Shown: one piece after another, positions 60,201 through 64,000 of the stretch
Layout of the letters: each line of letters opens with the position of its first letter
Position numbering within the stretch: the stretch's first letter is position 1
Origin: Macrostomum lignano
Lineage: Eukaryota
Assembly (NCBI GenBank): GCA_002269645.1
Contig: NIVC01000958.1
Coordinates: 186,001-250,000, forward strand
Length of the DNA stretch: 64,000 nucleotides
Direction: 5' to 3'
Notes under the pieces: generated by a model
Told to the model about the DNA's origin: nothing
The model's input: only the letters and a program-made list of their open reading frames with translations
Database searches by the model: none
Made by a program: the position numbers and the translations under genes

Positions 60201-62475
60201 AGATACGCTGACAGTCCTTTGACATTAGCGGTACAAGTCGCAAAGGAAGGCCACGTCGCCGACCGAATTCAGGGCGCCAGCGTCAGCCAGCAGGCTGGAG
60301 ACAAGGCGCAAACCCGCGATACGTGGCCTGCCTGCTTGTGCGAGCTGGACGCCGCCCTCACCCAGAAGCTATTTTTAGCAACACATCTGTAGAGAGCTAT
60401 CTGCATGTGCAAGTACAAGGGGATTCTCTGTTCTGTGCTGAACGCTCCTTTATTTCTAAAAGTCATTACTCTCATTAACAAGTTTTATTTTTCTCGTATC
60501 TTCTGCTTGCATGGCAGAAAGACTTTCAAACACACTGGCCTGTAAAGGCCCTATTATGAGTGCGAGGCTCACATCTCAGAATTTGCAGTACCGAATATTA
60601 TTTAAGGCAGTGTATTTGATCTAGTCAACAAGAACGCATAGGTTCATGTACGAGTACATGTATAATGCAAAAAATGTATAGTTTTAGCGGGGTAGGTTTA
60701 GCGCTCACGCAGTTTCTCTCTGTGCCGTCGTTAGGAAACGGTCAACCCCCAAACCCAACGCATTTTCCTGCAAGTTTTCTGTATCACACGTTCGCAGGCT
60801 GCTGGCTGGCTTGCGGAAACCTAAGCGCTTCTCCAGTGCTCGCTTTTCCAGTGCTTACAATTATTAAAAATTAACAAACCTGAAAATGATATCGCAAACA
60901 AGGTTTGAAACGAGGTACTTAGTTAATTGTCTCTTACTAATCTGACGATTAAATGATCAGGCCGTGGCTAGGGAGGGGGCCAAGGGGACCCGGCCCTCCA
61001 AAAAGGCTGTCAAAAATAATGGCTGATTTCCCGTTGACTTGGCGCCCCTTCAAAGCAGGTTTGACGCCTCTGATCTCAATTCTAGCAGTTCTCCAACAAC
61101 CACTTTGGCTACTTTGGCCTCATCAGCAGCCCCTTGGCGCCACTTGGTGCTGGCGCGTCTCCATGGCGCTGGCGCCTCTTGCTATGGCGCCACTTGCCAA
61201 GACGCAGCCCCCAATAAACACCTCAGCTGCAAACCCTGTTATGATAAACTCCATACCAGGTGTGTTAATTCTAGGATTGAACGATAAAATATTGCTAATC
61301 GTACGTCGGATTTTGACTCGCACTGGGTAGAGACACAGCTTCAAGACACTTGTACAAAGAATTGAAGCGTGAACATGAACTAGCTCGTACAGCAAGATTT
61401 AATACTCTATCGTCTAAATGTTAAAAAGGTGGCATCATTCCAATAATCCGGAAAAGAAATCTGACACACCCAAAGACCCGTTTGTTTGTAAAACGTTACC
61501 GCTCGTTGTGGGACGATGTAGTCGAAAGCGTTGCGCCGGTAGGCTACCTTAGAAGAATGCAATTAACAGCTGTACACAATAGTAAGACAATTAAGATATT
61601 AGCCCGTATGAATAAAATCAGAAAAAACTCATGAGTAAGGGCACAGCAGCACACAGCACAGAGTTTGAGCAAATGCTCACTTTATTCATACGGCATATTG
61701 TATGACATTCCAAATTAAAAAATGAATTTAGCAACCACTGAGTCAGTTACAGCAGCCCCCGTTACGAACCAGAGGTTTTTCAGAGTTGGATTGGCAGACC
61801 ACTTCAAACCCTCCTCCTCTTTTGACCGGGCTTTGGTCCGACTTTGGTGGAGTTGCTGCTTTATATTTAAGGCTGTGCCGTCGTCTCATTGGCGTTAAAG
61901 TAGAGAGAACTAGCAATAGAATCGCACCAGAAACCACAAGTAGAACCAAAACCAGCCTCATCCTTTTAGGTTTGGGACTTGTTTGTTCTTCTTCCGCAGC
62001 CGGCTGGGCAGCCGCATGCATCCAGCTGAGCACAGGTTGGCTCGAGTCTCCGCATCTGTTTCCGGTCGCATCCGGGAAGCTGATCAGAGCCGGAAGATGC
62101 TCACTGCAGTCCGTAAAGCTCACCTGCCCGAGTACGTCACCATCAATGGTAAGATCGACAGCTCTGAGTGAACCACAGAAAACTGAGGAGTTCGTACTCT
62201 GGACGGTATGGTGTCTGGAATTCAAATGTAAAGAGTTGTGAAATTTGATTTAATTAGCGAGCCAATTGTTCTCATAGCAGATAAACTACTATTCTCAACT
62301 TAAGAAACTCACAGCTTATCAGCATCCTCGAACTCCATCATTTTGCAGCCAGCTTCTGCCCCGCAGTTCAGGTAGAAGACCTTCTTGGTCCTGTACTCAT
62401 AGAACAGTCCGATGCGAAGCCTCTGTGCGAGATTCAGCGGCTCCTTGATGCGGGTGCTCAGGCCGGAGCCGACGC
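54242..62475. repeat. Right arm of the 8.2-kb inverted segmental duplication (probable donor)
   Basis: Reverse complement of 37719-45951. Continues without a break into intact exons of copy F. Confidence 0.95.
57104..59371 (-). pseudogene. CUB-CTLD-TM copy E', 5'-deleted
   Basis: Exon 6 at 57104-57620, exon 5 at 57719-57893 and partial exon 4 at 59281-59371, fused to sequence homologous to 5045-5130. Confidence 0.8.
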
Positions 62476-63622
62476 GAGTTCGCTGGCCTGAAGCTGGTGT
62501 TCAAGTGGAGTGAAATTGTGCAAGAGTTAAGCTCTGCTGCTTACCTAAAACTCTATCGCTACACAATGATGTTGCTCATGATAGTGCTTACTACTGCGAG
62601 TAAGATTAGCTCATTTGAGTAGCAATGCGACCTTTATGGTAGATCCTGCCTCTACTGGGTTAAGTTCCACTAAGAGACTTAAAAGCCACCGGTTCACTCC
62701 AGCTTACTCTCTCTGACGAAGTTCTGCAGAGCCGCGGAGCTGTTGAAGCTGGCGAGCCTCATGACTCCGCTGTCAGCGCTCATCGCAGCCAGCTCAGCAG
62801 TCAGGTTCCGACGAACCGATCCTGTGGTGTAGCAGTTGCTCTCAAAATTAGTCATGCTTCTGCAGCAGAATCCCGGCTCCATCAGGCGAATTCGTAGACC
62901 GGCGATATTCGCTGAGCTTCTCTGACTCAACCAAAATGAGACCGTCAGGTAGCTCCTACAGTTTCGTGTAGAGTACAGTGGTTGAGTTCAATTACAGAAT
63001 TATAGATTTAAAAGAATTGGTCCAGCATCGGGCCAGCTCTATCGTACCCTTTCGTCAGTTGCAGCACGCGCAGCATCTCCAGCTCCACTGGCTTTGGCTC
63101 GCTTGTTGAAGGCGACGAGCAAATGGCTGGAAATGCATTGGGATTTGTATTGGAACGATAAGAATGAAAGCATTTGGCTGGTTTTATCGAGTAACGGCTA
63201 GCATGGGTCAAAAACCACTGACTGCTCGTTCACAGATATTGTTAGAATTGGTGAAAACTGGTGAAGAGTTGAAAAACAGTCATGTAACTACAAGTTTAAC
63301 TGTGCTCAGAGCACTCTGCTTACAGTCCGAAGCCTTCGAGTGCAGTTCGTATCGCATCGGTTGTTGCTGTGCAGCTGAAACCGCAGATCTTCCCGACCTC
63401 CGCACGCTTAGGTGAGCCACCGTGTCAAAGCCAGTCAGAACCACAACGGCATTGTCAAGATGGTCAGTCAGAATCTTCCATTTGCAGTTGAGGCCTTCCT
63501 CAGGCACAGGGTCTCCATCAGTTTTAGGAATGATTCGATCTTCAATGAACTCGAGTTTTAGGCTGAGCTGGAACTCATTGGTGTTGCCACGCGGATAGCA
63601 GTACTGGTTGCCTGCCAGAGAT
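61743..63622 (-). CDS. CUB-like + CTLD + TM receptor family, copy F (exons 2-6 intact; exon 1 expected just beyond the window)
   Basis: Exons 63622-63324 (299 nt), 63126-63048 (79), 62955-62708 (248), 62487-62313 (175) and 62214-61743. Phases are consistent and there are no stops. The window end is homologous to intron 1 of copy A (~4060). Confidence 0.85.
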
Positions 63623-64000
63623 CTGTGGATAATAAAGGGCGGGACAGTAGATTTATTGTAAATGGACAGTTAAAAGTTACTGGAAGGCTCAGCTCACTTA
63701 AGATTTATTCTCATAAACGTTTCAATACATAGAATGTGAGTTAATATATTATCCTTAGCTATACCCATGAACTTGAAGAATTGCCACCGATTTTTTGGCA
63801 ACATTCTAGTCGAATTCAATACGATAAAATGGGTGAGTATCTACGTACTATCCTACTGATAGTAAAAGACAAGAAAGTTTTGTGTAAAGAACAAGTGCTT
63901 TTTAGCCAGCTACAGTACTATGATATAATCCAATTGAATTTAGTACATTAATGTACATCGACAGCGCTAGCCTCGCAAGGACAGGCCCCCAAAGAACAGT

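Overview
Eukaryotic animal genomic DNA with GT-AG introns and many repeats. The composition recalls an invertebrate such as a flatworm, but the species cannot be determined from the sequence. The backbone is a scrambled cluster of a six-exon gene family that I reconstructed by hand. It encodes signal peptide + CUB-like domain + C-type-lectin-like domain (CTLD) + transmembrane helix + short tail. Six loci are present: a pseudogene (A), an otherwise intact copy split by an insertion (B/C), truncated copies (D, E, E') and an apparently intact copy running off the right edge (F). Two giant inverted repeats dominate the window. (1) A 14,038-bp foldback element (15982-30019) has 6.7/5.7-kb arms, CAG...CTG ends and a 7-bp target-site duplication. 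It sits between the lectin domain and the TM helix of copy B/C, and removing it restores the reading frame. (2) An 8.2-kb near-perfect inverted segmental duplication (37719-45951 / 54242-62475) encloses an 8.3-kb spacer. The spacer holds part of a second cell-surface gene, a Crypton/DUF3504-like recombinase fragment bracketed by 16-bp inverted repeats, and a near-intact Polinton/adintovirus-type penton gene. Also present are a 5'-truncated Ty3/Gypsy element with its 3' LTR, mariner and RTE-like fragments, MITEs and at least eight minisatellite arrays. Most ORFs in the supplied track are repeat-derived or antisense artefacts.
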